A model generated the notes under the pieces. That model was not told where the DNA came from and made no database searches. It saw nothing but the letters and a program-made list of their open reading frames with translations. From positions 253-64,252 of the forward strand of contig DVKZ01000002.1 in the NCBI GenBank assembly GCA_018715775.1: a stretch of 64,000 bases of DNA, written 5' to 3'. This stretch comes from Candidatus Fimousia stercorigallinarum. GTDB taxonomy: Bacteria > Bacillota > Clostridia > Lachnospirales > Lachnospiraceae. This document shows, piece by piece, positions 42,314 through 52,462 of this stretch. The translations under genes and the position numbers were made by a program. Each line of letters opens with the position of its first letter. Position 1 is the first letter of the stretch.

Positions 42314-43120
42314 ATGAGACTGACAAGTATTGCGAGTGGAAGCAGTGGAAACTGTATTTATGTCGGAAGCGACGAAGCGAATATCCTCGTAGATGCCGGA
42401 ATCAGCGGAAAGCGGATTGAAAATGGATTAAAAGCTCTGTCGGTGGATCCGAAAAGCCTGGATGGGATTTTAGTGACGCATGAGCACGCAGATCATATTG
42501 CAGGCCTTGGCGTGATGGCAAGGCGCTACAAACTGCCATTGTATATGACAGAAGAAACGGCGAAAGCGGTGATTCATACAAAATCTGTCGGAAAGATCGA
42601 TCCGGATCTGTTCGAAATGATCCGTCCGAACCATCCGTTCAAGATTAAGGATCTGTCGATCGATGCAACCTCGATCTGGCATGATGCAGCAGATCCGGTC
42701 TGCTACAGCATTGAATGCAAAGGGGTAAAGGCATCGGTCGCAACAGATATGGGAAATTATCATGAAGAAATCGTTGAAAAAACAAAGGATTCGGATATTT
42801 TATTTGTAGAAGCTAATCACGATATTAATATGCTTCAGGTTGGGCCTTATCCGTATTACCTGAAGCAGCGGATCCTGAGTAACCGGGGACATTTGTCGAA
42901 TGACAGGACCGCCCAGTTTTTAGGGGATATCATATCAAAAAACACGCGGGAAGTCTTTCTCGGGCATTTAAGCAAGGAAAACAACTATTCCGAATTGGCC
43001 TATGAGACCGTTCGGTTATCTCTGATAGAGCAGGGAGTTCTGCCGGATGAATTTCATTTTCATTTACAGGTTGCAAAGAGAGATGAAGTTTCCGGGTTGG
43101 CAGTTATAGATAAAGAATAA
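42314..43120 (+). CDS. MBL-fold hydrolase (YycJ/WalJ-like)
   Basis: SGSSGN, THEHADH, EANHD, GHLSN, HLSKENN. Confidence 0.88.
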   Translation: MRLTSIASGSSGNCIYVGSDEANILVDAGISGKRIENGLKALSVDPKSLDGILVTHEHADHIAGLGVMARRYKLPLYMTEETAKAVIHTKSVGKIDPDLFEMIRPNHPFKIKDLSIDATSIWHDAADPVCYSIECKGVKASVATDMGNYHEEIVEKTKDSDILFVEANHDINMLQVGPYPYYLKQRILSNRGHLSNDRTAQFLGDIISKNTREVFLGHLSKENNYSELAYETVRLSLIEQGVLPDEFHFHLQVAKRDEVSGLAVIDKE

Positions 43121-43160
43121 TACATAACGTGCCTCTGGCACGCACTCTAGGAGGGTAAAG

Positions 43161-43433
43161 ATGAAAAAGACAGTTATTACAGTGGTTGGAAAAGACAGCG
43201 TAGGTATTATTGCTAAAGTATGTACCTATTTGGCAAATAATAATATTAATATTCTGGATATTTCCCAGACGATCGTCAGCGGGTATTTTAACATGATGAT
43301 GATCGTAGATACGAATGAATCCGCAAAGACAGTTTCGGATGTTACAAATGAACTGGGTCAGATTGGAGAAGAAATCGGTGTGTTGATTCAGGCACAAAAT
43401 GAAGATATCTTTAATATGATGCACAGAATCTAA
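43161..43433 (+). CDS. ACT-domain protein (UPF0237)
   Basis: ITVVGKDSVGII, NILDISQT, IFNMMHRI. Confidence 0.9.
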   Translation: MKKTVITVVGKDSVGIIAKVCTYLANNNINILDISQTIVSGYFNMMMIVDTNESAKTVSDVTNELGQIGEEIGVLIQAQNEDIFNMMHRI

Positions 43434-43448
43434 TCCGGAGGATCGACT

Positions 43449-44813
43449 ATGATTAATATTAATGAAGTAATTGAAACAAATAAGATGATTACCGAGATGA
43501 ATCTGGATGTTAGAACGATCACGCTCGGAATTAGTCTGTTAGATTGTACGGCAGACACTTTAGAAAAAGTCAAGGAAAATATTTACCGCAAGATCACAGT
43601 TACTGCAAAAGATCTTGTAAAAACGGGAAAAGAAATTGAGAAGGAATATGGTATTCCGATTGTAAATAAAAGAATTTCGATCACACCGATCGCGCTGGTC
43701 GGCGGCCATGTATGCAAAACTTCGCATGATTTTGTAGAAATTGCCCAGGTGCTGGATGCGGCTGCGAAAGAAGTCGGTGTTAACTTTATCGGCGGATATT
43801 CCGCACTTGTAAATAAAGGAATGACAGAGGCAGACCGCCTTTTGATTGAATCCATTCCGGAAGCTCTGGCAACGACGGAACGCGTCTGCAGTTCGGTCAA
43901 TGTTGGTTCGACGAAAACTGGCATCAATATGGATGCTGTCCGCCTGATCGGAGAAAAGATCAAGGAAACGGCAGAATTAACAAAAGAAAATGACAGTCTC
44001 GGCTGTGCGAAATTTGTTGTATTTACGAATGCACCGGATGATAATCCGTTTATGGCAGGAGCTTTCCATGGCGTTACAGAAGCCGATAAGATCATCAATG
44101 TCGGTGTTAGTGGTCCTGGTGTTGTAAAACGGGCACTGGAAACAGTCCGCGGAGAGAGTTTTGAGGTGCTCTGCGAGACAATTAAAAAGACAGCATTTAA
44201 AGTTACCCGTGTTGGCCAGCTTGTTGCAAGAGAGGCATCCAGACGCCTGGATATCCCATTTGGCATTATCGATCTTTCTCTGGCACCGACACCTGCGATT
44301 GGCGACAGTGTGGGAGAGATCCTTGAGGAGATTGGACTGGAATATGCCGGAGCTCCGGGAACGACCGCTGCACTTGCTTTATTAAATGATCAGGTGAAAA
44401 AAGGCGGTGTTATGGCATCCTCTTATGTCGGAGGCTTAAGCGGCGCATTTATTCCTGTCAGCGAAGATCAGCGTATGATTGATGCAGTAGAAGCAGGAGC
44501 TCTGACTCTGGAAAAATTAGAAGCGATGACATGTGTATGTTCGGTTGGACTTGATATGATCGCAATTCCGGGGAAAACGAGTGCTGCAACGATTGCCGGT
44601 ATTATTGCGGATGAAATGGCACTGGGAATGGTTAACCAGAAGACAACCGCTGTCCGCCTGATCCCTGCGATTGGCAAGGATGTTGGGGACACGGTAGAAT
44701 TCGGCGGATTGCTGGGATATGCTCCGATCATGCCGGTAAACCAGTTTTCCTGTGAAAAATTTGTAAACCGCAAAGGAAATATTCCTGCACCAATTCACAG
44801 CTTTAAAAATTAG
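43449..44813 (+). CDS. DUF711/UPF0210 (PFL-like) protein
   Basis: [37 protein letters not shown]; known partner of UPF0237. Confidence 0.92.
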   Translation: MININEVIETNKMITEMNLDVRTITLGISLLDCTADTLEKVKENIYRKITVTAKDLVKTGKEIEKEYGIPIVNKRISITPIALVGGHVCKTSHDFVEIAQVLDAAAKEVGVNFIGGYSALVNKGMTEADRLLIESIPEALATTERVCSSVNVGSTKTGINMDAVRLIGEKIKETAELTKENDSLGCAKFVVFTNAPDDNPFMAGAFHGVTEADKIINVGVSGPGVVKRALETVRGESFEVLCETIKKTAFKVTRVGQLVAREASRRLDIPFGIIDLSLAPTPAIGDSVGEILEEIGLEYAGAPGTTAALALLNDQVKKGGVMASSYVGGLSGAFIPVSEDQRMIDAVEAGALTLEKLEAMTCVCSVGLDMIAIPGKTSAATIAGIIADEMALGMVNQKTTAVRLIPAIGKDVGDTVEFGGLLGYAPIMPVNQFSCEKFVNRKGNIPAPIHSFKN

Positions 44814-45067
44814 GAATCCTTTGTGATCTGATCAATGAACCAGGTGAAATTTTTTCTCATACGAATGAGAAAGGTGCCTTTTTCATCGAATCCAAAGGTT
44901 TCTGTCAGAAAATCAGAACGCCCCGTATAGGCTGCAGCCTGTACGAGGGCGTTTTTTTCTGCTTCATCCGCCAATAGGAAATTGGCAGATGCAACTCCAC
45001 AAAATAAAATAATGGAACATAAAATTCTCAGTTTGAGTCCATCGAGATAATGAAAATCAGAATTCAT
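44810..45067 (-). CDS. Small hypothetical membrane protein
   Basis: Fills the gap downstream of tyrS and has one hydrophobic stretch; RBS weak. Confidence 0.4.
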   Translation of the reverse strand: MNSDFHYLDGLKLRILCSIILFCGVASANFLLADEAEKNALVQAAAYTGRSDFLTETFGFDEKGTFLIRMRKNFTWFIDQITKDS

Positions 45068-45093
45068 AAAGAGTCAACCTGTTTTTTAACAGT

Positions 45094-46320
45094 TTATTCA
45101 GCCAGGATCGCTTTATGATAAACTTTTTTCCCTTTTTTGATGACAATGCCATCTTTTAACTGAGCCTCTGAGATCATAACGGTATTCATATTGATCTTTA
45201 CACTATCTACGGATACGCCGTTTTGCATGATCAGTCTTCTTGCTTCTGATTTTGTCTTAACAAGACCGCATTTCATCATTAAATCCATCATATTGATCTG
45301 TCCATCGGTCAGATTGGAAACAGAGATCTCTGTTGTCGGCATATCGGCGTCATCGCCACCGCCGCCGAATAAAGAATGGGATACTTTTTTCGCTTTTTCG
45401 GCTTCCTCTTTGCCGTGAACAAGCGCTGTTAACTCATACGCCAGGATTTCTTTCTTTTCATTAATGCGGTTATCCGGCCATGCTTCCATCTCCGCAATCT
45501 CATCCAGAGATAAGAAAGTGAGCATCTTCAGGCACTTCATAACGTCAGCATCGTCAACGTTTCTCCAGTACTGGAAGAAATCAAACGGACTTGTTTTTTC
45601 CGGATCAAGCCATACTGCTCCGCCGACGGTTTTTCCCATCTTCTGGCCTTCGCTGTTTAAAAGAAGTGTGATCGTCATTGCATAAGCATCACTAGATGTT
45701 TTTTTGCGGATCAACTCGGTTCCGGCTAACATGTTACTCCACTGATCGTTTCCGCCAAACTGCATGTTACATCCGTAATGTTCATGTAAATAATAGAAAT
45801 CGTAAGCTTGCATGATCATGTAGTTAAATTCAAGGAAGCTTAAGCCTTTTTCCATTCTCTGTTTGTAACATTCTGCACGGAGCATGTTATTAACAGAGAA
45901 GCAGGCGCCAACTTCACGAAGTAATTCAACATAATTTAAGTTCAAAAGCCAGTCGGCATTATTTACCATGATCGCTTTGTCTTCACCGAATTCGATAAAA
46001 CGTTCCATCTGTTTTTTGAAACATTCGCAGTTATGATTGATCGTTTCGGTCGTCATCATAGACCGCATATCAGATTTACCGGATGGATCGCCGATATGTC
46101 CGGTTCCTCCTCCGATTAAAACGACCGGTTTATTCCCTGCTTCCTGAAGGCGTTTCATCAGGCACAATGCCATAAAGTGACCGACATGAAGAGAATCCGC
46201 GGTTGGATCAAATCCGATATAAAAATGTGCTCCTCCATTGTTGATCAGATCCCGGATCTCCGGTTCATCCGTTACCTGAGCGATCAGGCCTCTTTCTTGC
46301 AATTCTTCATAAATTCCCAT
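45094..46320 (-). CDS. tyrS: Tyrosine-tRNA ligase
   Basis: GFDPTADSLHVGH, GGNDQW, KMGKT; C-terminal S4 domain. Confidence 0.97.
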   Translation of the reverse strand: MGIYEELQERGLIAQVTDEPEIRDLINNGGAHFYIGFDPTADSLHVGHFMALCLMKRLQEAGNKPVVLIGGGTGHIGDPSGKSDMRSMMTTETINHNCECFKKQMERFIEFGEDKAIMVNNADWLLNLNYVELLREVGACFSVNNMLRAECYKQRMEKGLSFLEFNYMIMQAYDFYYLHEHYGCNMQFGGNDQWSNMLAGTELIRKKTSSDAYAMTITLLLNSEGQKMGKTVGGAVWLDPEKTSPFDFFQYWRNVDDADVMKCLKMLTFLSLDEIAEMEAWPDNRINEKKEILAYELTALVHGKEEAEKAKKVSHSLFGGGGDDADMPTTEISVSNLTDGQINMMDLMMKCGLVKTKSEARRLIMQNGVSVDSVKINMNTVMISEAQLKDGIVIKKGKKVYHKAILAE

Positions 46321-46384
46321 ATGTGTGTTCCTCCTTTGATTGAAATACATGTTTCAGAGGGCGATGTATCTTTCTGAATAGAAT

Positions 46385-46662
46385 AAAAAAGCCTCTGTTC
46401 CTGTTGTTCAGGAACAGAGGACGATAAGTCATAATATCGCGGTACCACCTCTGGTTCAAGTATTCCTCACGAAATACTCCTCATGATGTGCTATCACACA
46501 CCGTACGCTGTATCGGGCGTACCCGTCTGATCCTAGTAAGAAATCCTGTTCAGACCAGCAGCTCCGGAATGTATTCAAACAGCATGTCTCTATCCTTACA
46601 CCAACCGGATAGTCTCTGAAAAACAAATTCTGTCCTACTCGTTTCCTTCAACGCTTTCACAT
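46385..46662 (-). ncRNA. T-box riboswitch (Tyr) with terminator
   Basis: Minus strand: AGAGA/GGTG stem I boxes, GAA-TAC specifier (Tyr), AGAGGTGGTACCGCG T-box, then CCTCTGTTCCTG...CAGGAACAGAGG and a T run. Confidence 0.92.
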
Positions 46663-46715
46663 GAAGCGATTATAGCATAAAAGAGGAAGAATTGTAAAGA
46701 GATAAATGATAGAAA

Positions 46716-47327
46716 TCAGCCGTTGATGATCCTGCCGTCAATGGAGATGGTCACAACCTGCCATGGCAGCTGTTTTTGGCTATTTTGAATAGCTATTTTG
46801 GCTGCCTGTTCTAAGCCGCCGCAGCATGGAACTTCCATACGAACGATCGTAACGCTCTTAACGTCATTTTGAGTGAGGATTTCTGTCAATTTTTCACTGT
46901 AGTGAATGGCATCTAATTTTGGGCAGCCGACGAGTGTCACGCGTCCATGGATAAAATCCTGATGAAAATTCGCATATGCATAAGCAGTACAGTCCGCAGC
47001 GATCAAAAGATCTGCGTTTTGAAAAAAAGGTGCACGAACCGGAGTGAGTTTGATCTGGACCGGCCATTGGCGGAGTTCGGATGCAGAAACCGGTTTTTTA
47101 TTTGCCAGGACAGCCGATTCGTCATAGGCAGCTGCTTCGCGTTCTTCAAAAGTAATCGCGCCTGTCGGACAGGTTGGAAGACAGTCTCCTAATCCATCAC
47201 AATAGTCGTCACGCAGAAGTTTTGCTTTTCCACCGATCATTCCGATCGCACCTTCATGACAGGCTTTGGCGCAGGCACCGCAGCCGTTACATTTTTCTTC
47301 ATCAATATGAATAATTTTTCGAATCAT
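46716..47327 (-). CDS. 4Fe-4S binding protein (type often found near hcp)
   Basis: CNGCGAC...C, CDGLGDCLPTCP, QWPVQ, GCPKLD, MEVPCC. Confidence 0.88.
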   Translation of the reverse strand: MIRKIIHIDEEKCNGCGACAKACHEGAIGMIGGKAKLLRDDYCDGLGDCLPTCPTGAITFEEREAAAYDESAVLANKKPVSASELRQWPVQIKLTPVRAPFFQNADLLIAADCTAYAYANFHQDFIHGRVTLVGCPKLDAIHYSEKLTEILTQNDVKSVTIVRMEVPCCGGLEQAAKIAIQNSQKQLPWQVVTISIDGRIING

Positions 47328-47392
47328 AGATATTCCTACCTTCCTTTTCTTGACTTTGTATGATCATTATAATAAGATAGAAAAAAATTGTA

Positions 47393-47408
47393 TGTTGTTA
47401 AACCAACA
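47393..47408. promoter_or_regulatory. Putative Crp/Fnr-family operator
   Basis: TGTTG-N6-CAACA palindrome between the divergent Fe-S and Crp/Fnr genes. Confidence 0.6.
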
Positions 47409-47420
47409 AAAGGAGGATCA

Positions 47421-48105
47421 GTTGAAGTTTGAGCAAATAAAATCAATGGAAATTTTTAAAAATATCACAAAAAATGAATTCCTGGAGATGACGAAACTGC
47501 CGGCTTTTCAGGAACGCTGTTACCAGAAAGACGAAACAATCCTTCTTGCAGGCGATACGACACAGGAAATCGGACTTTTACTAAGTGGAAACGCACATAT
47601 CGAAAGCAATGATCTGTGGGGGAACAAAAGTATTTTAAGTGATATTATTCCCGGAGAGATCTTTGCAGAAGTATATGCTTTTTTGGGAACAGAGCCCCTG
47701 CGCGTAGATGTGGTTGCAAAAAAGGAATCCAAAGTGCTGTTTCTTCATATCGGTCATCTGCTTCAGGATTCTTATTTGGATCAAAGCTGGTATGTGAAGT
47801 TAAATCATAATCTGCTCGCACTGCTGGCGAAAAAAAATTTAATCCTTTCCGATCGGATTTTTTATACATCTTCGAAAAGTATCCGCGGCAGATTATTGTC
47901 TTATTTTTCTGCACAGGTGATGAAAAAGCAGAGCCGGGAGTTTGATATTCCGTTCAATCGACAGCAGCTGGCCGACTATCTGGGGGTAAACCGGAGCGCA
48001 CTTTCTCATGAACTTGGTAAAATGCAGGAAGAACAGCTGATCGAATTTAAACGCAATCATTTTGTTATAAAAGAACTTGATGTTTACGAAATGGAGGAAA
48101 TGTGA
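47421..48105 (+). CDS. Crp/Fnr family regulator (start uncertain)
   Basis: cNMP-binding fold plus HTH RQQLADYLGVNRSALSHELGKM; AAGGAGG before TTG 47421. Confidence 0.9.
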
Positions 48106-49376
48106 TGAAACAAAGATCCCTTCTTTACATATTGCTGTTTTTGATAATCATAGGTACATCTTTCATATTGAGTGGATGCGACGGACAGATTTCGGAAGAT
48201 GACCTTTCGTCATTCATCCAAACAGCCTTGAATGATATTTTAAATGACGGTGAAGAGACGACGGATATGGACATGGAAGCAATAACGGAGAATGAAGAAG
48301 TACAGGGTGAAAATGAACGGTTTTCCGGAGATATGCGCTTTTATTATGAGCAGCTTTCTGCAGAAGAACAGGATGCCTATGATACGATTTACGATGGAAT
48401 ACAGAAGTTCGAACAGGAAATCGATCTGAATCTGTCGGATGAGGAGGTGATCCATCGGGTATATCGGGCGGTCCTCAACGATCATCCGGAAATATTCTGG
48501 TGTGATAACAGTTATCAATTCAGCAGAAGGCAATTGATTTTTACAACATATTCGCTGCTTCCGCAGTATCTTTTTTCGCAGGAAGAAATGGAAGCGAAAC
48601 AGGAACAGATCGAAGAAGCGGTTCAAGATAGTCTTTCAGGGATTTCTGCGGATGCATCGGATTATCAGAAAATCCTGTATGTCTATCGTTACCTGATCGA
48701 ACAGACGGATTATGATGTAGCTGCTGTCCGCGAAAACAGGGTAGGTGAGGATCAAAATATTGACAGTGTCTTTTTGAACAGGAAATCCGTCTGCGCGGGT
48801 TATGCGCGGGCAACGCAATATTTGTTAAATGAACTGGATGTCTTTTGCACATATGTCGAAGGAACTGCAACTGAAAGAGGAGATGCTCATACGTGGAATA
48901 TTGTGCAGTGTGATGGAGATTATTATCATGTCGACACAACATGGGGAGATCCTGTTTTCTCAGGAGAAGTTCCGGATACGATACCGGAATCGGCAAGGAT
49001 CAATTATAATTATTTATGCTGCAACGATGAACAGATTTTCCGCACACATACTTTGGATACGGAATATGGTTTTTCTTTTCCGGAATGTAACAGTCTGGAC
49101 TGGAATTATTATGTCGTAAATGATCAGTATTATGATCATTATGACAGCGATGAGATCTGGTCTGTGATCGAAAATGATATCGCACGGCAGCAAACGGTTT
49201 CTGTGTTTAAATTTTCCGATGAAACCGTTTACCAACAGGCAAGGGATCAGATCATCGATGAATATACGAGAGACGGCATGACCCTGATCCAGAGGCTGTA
49301 TCGGAGGGGAACGATCAGCTGCTACCATTCTGACAATGAAGATGAGACTTTGATACAGATCTTCTGGCAATATTGA
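48105..49376 (+). CDS. Transglutaminase-like domain lipoprotein
   Basis: Lipobox LSGC; Cys-His-Asp motifs VCAGYA, HTWN, DTTW. Confidence 0.82.
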   Translation: MKQRSLLYILLFLIIIGTSFILSGCDGQISEDDLSSFIQTALNDILNDGEETTDMDMEAITENEEVQGENERFSGDMRFYYEQLSAEEQDAYDTIYDGIQKFEQEIDLNLSDEEVIHRVYRAVLNDHPEIFWCDNSYQFSRRQLIFTTYSLLPQYLFSQEEMEAKQEQIEEAVQDSLSGISADASDYQKILYVYRYLIEQTDYDVAAVRENRVGEDQNIDSVFLNRKSVCAGYARATQYLLNELDVFCTYVEGTATERGDAHTWNIVQCDGDYYHVDTTWGDPVFSGEVPDTIPESARINYNYLCCNDEQIFRTHTLDTEYGFSFPECNSLDWNYYVVNDQYYDHYDSDEIWSVIENDIARQQTVSVFKFSDETVYQQARDQIIDEYTRDGMTLIQRLYRRGTISCYHSDNEDETLIQIFWQY

Positions 49377-49383
49377 TAAACTA

Positions 49384-49977
49384 TTATGGTGTGATAGAGC
49401 CACCTGTCCGGCTTTTAAAGTTTATACATATAACCAGAACAGCCATGAATAAAGCGACAGAAAGACCTGTTATAATAGCACATGAAATCTCACTATGATA
49501 CGGATATAGTATAAACGCAAGGATACTTTCGAAAATGATGATGGCAATAGCCTGTTTTTTCGCTTTTTGCCTTTTTTCATTTGATGCAGGGTGATTTACA
49601 TGTATAATAGGAGCGTAATAAATGGCGATCATCAATGCGAATGCCGTTATTATGAAAAATCCCAGAGGATATAAGATGGTCCATATGGGAATGATAGAGA
49701 GACTGATGATTCCGGCTGTGATTCCTATTAAAATACACCGTGCATGGGTGGGAGCATGGTAGCCACCCAAAAAAATACGGACTGCAGAAAAGCTCATACA
49801 CCATATAACCATATACATGGTTTTATGCATAAAAAATCCGCAGATGAACAGTAAGATATCTGAAAGTAATTCATTAGTCAGGCATTCTATGCCGTAAGCA
49901 TATACATTCTCCTGTGCCGGATTGCTTCCGTTTTGAATCAGCCAGGTCGACAGATGTTTTGAAAATCTTTTGATCAT
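49384..49977 (-). CDS. agrB: AgrB-family peptide-processing membrane protein
   Basis: YAYG, RIFLGGYHAPTHARC (catalytic His/Cys), YAP...HP. Confidence 0.9.
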   Translation of the reverse strand: MIKRFSKHLSTWLIQNGSNPAQENVYAYGIECLTNELLSDILLFICGFFMHKTMYMVIWCMSFSAVRIFLGGYHAPTHARCILIGITAGIISLSIIPIWTILYPLGFFIITAFALMIAIYYAPIIHVNHPASNEKRQKAKKQAIAIIIFESILAFILYPYHSEISCAIITGLSVALFMAVLVICINFKSRTGGSITP

Positions 49978-49978
49978 A

Positions 49979-50692
49979 CTATAGTGCCCTCCGTTCCTGC
50001 ATCAGGGAAATGAGATCCTGCTGCATTTTTTTTAAATACGTCCTTCCGATAGGAACTTGTTCCTTGTTGGAAAGAAGAATCGTTGTGTTATTCATATATT
50101 CAATATGTGCCAGGTTCACAATCACGGTACGGTGGCATTGAACAAACGGTTCCGGAAGGGTCTTCAGAAGGTTCCGGAGTGTCTGGGGAACAGAATAACA
50201 TTGATCTCCAGTGATAAGTTCCGTAGAATGATTCCGACTGGTAAAATACAGGATATTCCGGTAAGGTACCTGAATGACAGAATTCCGGGTACGATAAAAG
50301 AAATAACTGCCGGAATGCTTTTTCAGGACATGATCCATACAGCGGCTGATCTTTTCATAAGCAGCTGGTTTTAGCAGATAATCCAAAGCGTGGACAGGAT
50401 ATCCATCAAAAACATAATCCTGAAAATTGGTCAGAAAGACCAGATCACCGTCATAGGATTCAGAGCGGAGGGCTTTTGCAACATCAATTCCATTTTCTCC
50501 ATGATCCAGTACAATATCGATAAAAATAACAGCATAATATTTTTGGTGGATGAGTTGATATAATTCAGCTGCTGAGCAGACAGTGTCAATCATCAGACTA
50601 CAGCTTCTGTTATTCTGCCATTGATAAAGTAATTGTATCAGATGTTCCGTATAGATTGTTTCATTTTCTAAAATACAACAGTTAAGCTTCAT
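49979..50692 (-). CDS. LytTR response regulator (AgrA-like)
   Basis: Receiver FIDI..NG, FLT, DYLLKP; LytTR FVQCHRTVIVN. Confidence 0.92.
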   Translation of the reverse strand: MKLNCCILENETIYTEHLIQLLYQWQNNRSCSLMIDTVCSAAELYQLIHQKYYAVIFIDIVLDHGENGIDVAKALRSESYDGDLVFLTNFQDYVFDGYPVHALDYLLKPAAYEKISRCMDHVLKKHSGSYFFYRTRNSVIQVPYRNILYFTSRNHSTELITGDQCYSVPQTLRNLLKTLPEPFVQCHRTVIVNLAHIEYMNNTTILLSNKEQVPIGRTYLKKMQQDLISLMQERRAL

Positions 50693-52025
50693 GTTGATCT
50701 CCTTTTATAAATTGTTTATCCTGAAGCGGCAGTACGATGATAATATGAAAAGACTCCTTTTCCGGGGAAATCTTCATAAATCCCTGTGCTTCAGATGTGA
50801 TCTGCTCGATTCTTTTCAGTCCGATGCCATGGCTGGAGCTGCGTTTCGTGCTTCTTATACGGTTATTATGATCATAATGATAAATGCCGGAGGAACTGTT
50901 TGTCATATCGATATATAAAAACTGGTTATAGGGCTTTATTTCCAGATGGATATATTTTTTGGAGTCCGGATCCTGACTGGAACAGGCTTCGATCGCATTT
51001 TCCAGAAGATTCCCCATTAGAGAAGTCAGTTCCAGGTTGTTCAGAGGAACGAGATCCGGCAGAAAAATGTTGTGGGTAAAAGCAATCCCCAAAGACTGGA
51101 GCCGGGAAAGTTTACTGGTCAGTACAGCGTCCAGCACGTTGTTTCCTGTCTGGATCTGCCAGCTGCTCTGCTTCATCTCTGCATGAATCGAATTCAGATA
51201 ATCCAAAGCAGAAGGGATATTTTTCTGCTGCAGCATGATCTCCAGTACAGAAAGATGGTGCATGAAATCATGTTTCCATGTTCTCAGCATTTGGTTGGTG
51301 TTGCTTAACAATTCAAATTGTTGCTTTTCAAACTGCTTCTGGCGGTTTTTTTCAATTAAGCCAAGATTCTCCTGATAGAGGATTCCAATATAATAAAACA
51401 AAAAAATAGATAAAAAGAGAACCGCCAGGATCAGAAGAATGGATAAAAACAACCGTCTGGAGATTGCAGCAGAGAAGTCGTTCAGCTGGATTAGCAGATC
51501 CAATAGAACTTCTGAACTAACGATGCCGGCTATCACGATCATAAGCCAGAAGATCTGGATAAACCAGGGAAAAATAAAATCATGGGTATCTCTTCTGATA
51601 AGCAGTAATACACAGCAACAACATATAAAAAGATAGAAGAATGTCATTATAATGCTGAAAGGATATTCCATGAGAATATTCCAGTCTTCCCGGATGAAAA
51701 CGTGGCCAAGTACCATGGTAAGGGTGTCTGCAAGGACGGTGATTACCGGATAGGTGCAGCCCCAGAATATGGATCTGGCAGGAGAATCCATGCTCAGGAT
51801 TAAAGCGATCACAGAGTTGATCCCTAAAGTGACCGCCATGCGGAAACTGTCATTAGACATGAATTGGTTCATGCAGGTAACAGCAAGGACCTGTATGATA
51901 AAGGAGGATAAAATTAACAAAGCATTGGATTTGAACTGTAGTTTTCTGGAAAGCAGCAGATAAATCAGCAGGCCTTCGATGGAATTAACCAGAAGATCAA
52001 AAAGGACATGTATCATGGAACTCAT
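50682..52025 (-). CDS. AgrC-like membrane histidine kinase
   Basis: About 6 TM helices, KHDFMHHL H-box, GNLLENAIEA, STK..HGIGL. Confidence 0.92.
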   Translation of the reverse strand: MSSMIHVLFDLLVNSIEGLLIYLLLSRKLQFKSNALLILSSFIIQVLAVTCMNQFMSNDSFRMAVTLGINSVIALILSMDSPARSIFWGCTYPVITVLADTLTMVLGHVFIREDWNILMEYPFSIIMTFFYLFICCCCVLLLIRRDTHDFIFPWFIQIFWLMIVIAGIVSSEVLLDLLIQLNDFSAAISRRLFLSILLILAVLFLSIFLFYYIGILYQENLGLIEKNRQKQFEKQQFELLSNTNQMLRTWKHDFMHHLSVLEIMLQQKNIPSALDYLNSIHAEMKQSSWQIQTGNNVLDAVLTSKLSRLQSLGIAFTHNIFLPDLVPLNNLELTSLMGNLLENAIEACSSQDPDSKKYIHLEIKPYNQFLYIDMTNSSSGIYHYDHNNRIRSTKRSSSHGIGLKRIEQITSEAQGFMKISPEKESFHIIIVLPLQDKQFIKGDQHEA

Positions 52026-52101
52026 AAATCTCTACCTCCGTTTCTTTACTCTATACATAGGATAGCATAGAAAGAAAAAGAAATCTACAGGTGGCGTATG
52101 T

Positions 52102-52167
52102 AGTTCACGCGCCTGAGAATACAGTTCACGCAGGTTTTATTGACTTTCAAAAAATACATGATATTTT
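52102..52167 (+). promoter_or_regulatory. LytTR direct-repeat site plus sigma-A promoter of the agrD operon
   Basis: AGTTCACGC (52102-52110), 12 bp, AGTTCACGC (52123-52131); TTGACT at 52140 and TG-a-TATTTT at 52159-52167. Confidence 0.8.
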
Positions 52168-52217
52168 AAAAATATAGTATTGTTGGTATTGAGATTATTC
52201 AGAAGGAGGATATTCAG

Positions 52218-52346
52218 GTGAAAAGCAAAGTGATTCGGATTATGTCAAATTTATTTATTTTTGCAGCAATGGTTTTTGCGACGGCGCCTTGTAATGGAAA
52301 GTGGCATGAACCAGAGGTACCGGTTGAGTTAAGAGAGAATTTGTAA
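52218..52346 (+). CDS. agrD: AgrD-like cyclic lactone autoinducer propeptide (42 aa, not in the ORF track)
   Basis: AAGGAGG RBS and GTG start; MKSKVIRIMSNLFIFAAMVFATAP-CNGKW-HEPEVPVELRENL carries the C-x4-H-E-P-x-x-P signature. Confidence 0.88.
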   Translation: MKSKVIRIMSNLFIFAAMVFATAPCNGKWHEPEVPVELRENL

Positions 52347-52462
52347 ATCGAAATCTATACATAGCAAATATGAGCTGATCAACATCTGATTGGGTTAATG
52401 TAATGTATAGATAATAGAAGTGTATCAAATGAGATGGGTAAAGTAAGTTCAGAAGGGAGAAA

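Noticed and set aside
43583..44266. Long antisense ORFs (also 21345-21863, 54448-55086, 58199-58738)
   Set aside because: Shadows of well-supported genes on the opposite strand, with no RBS or motifs.
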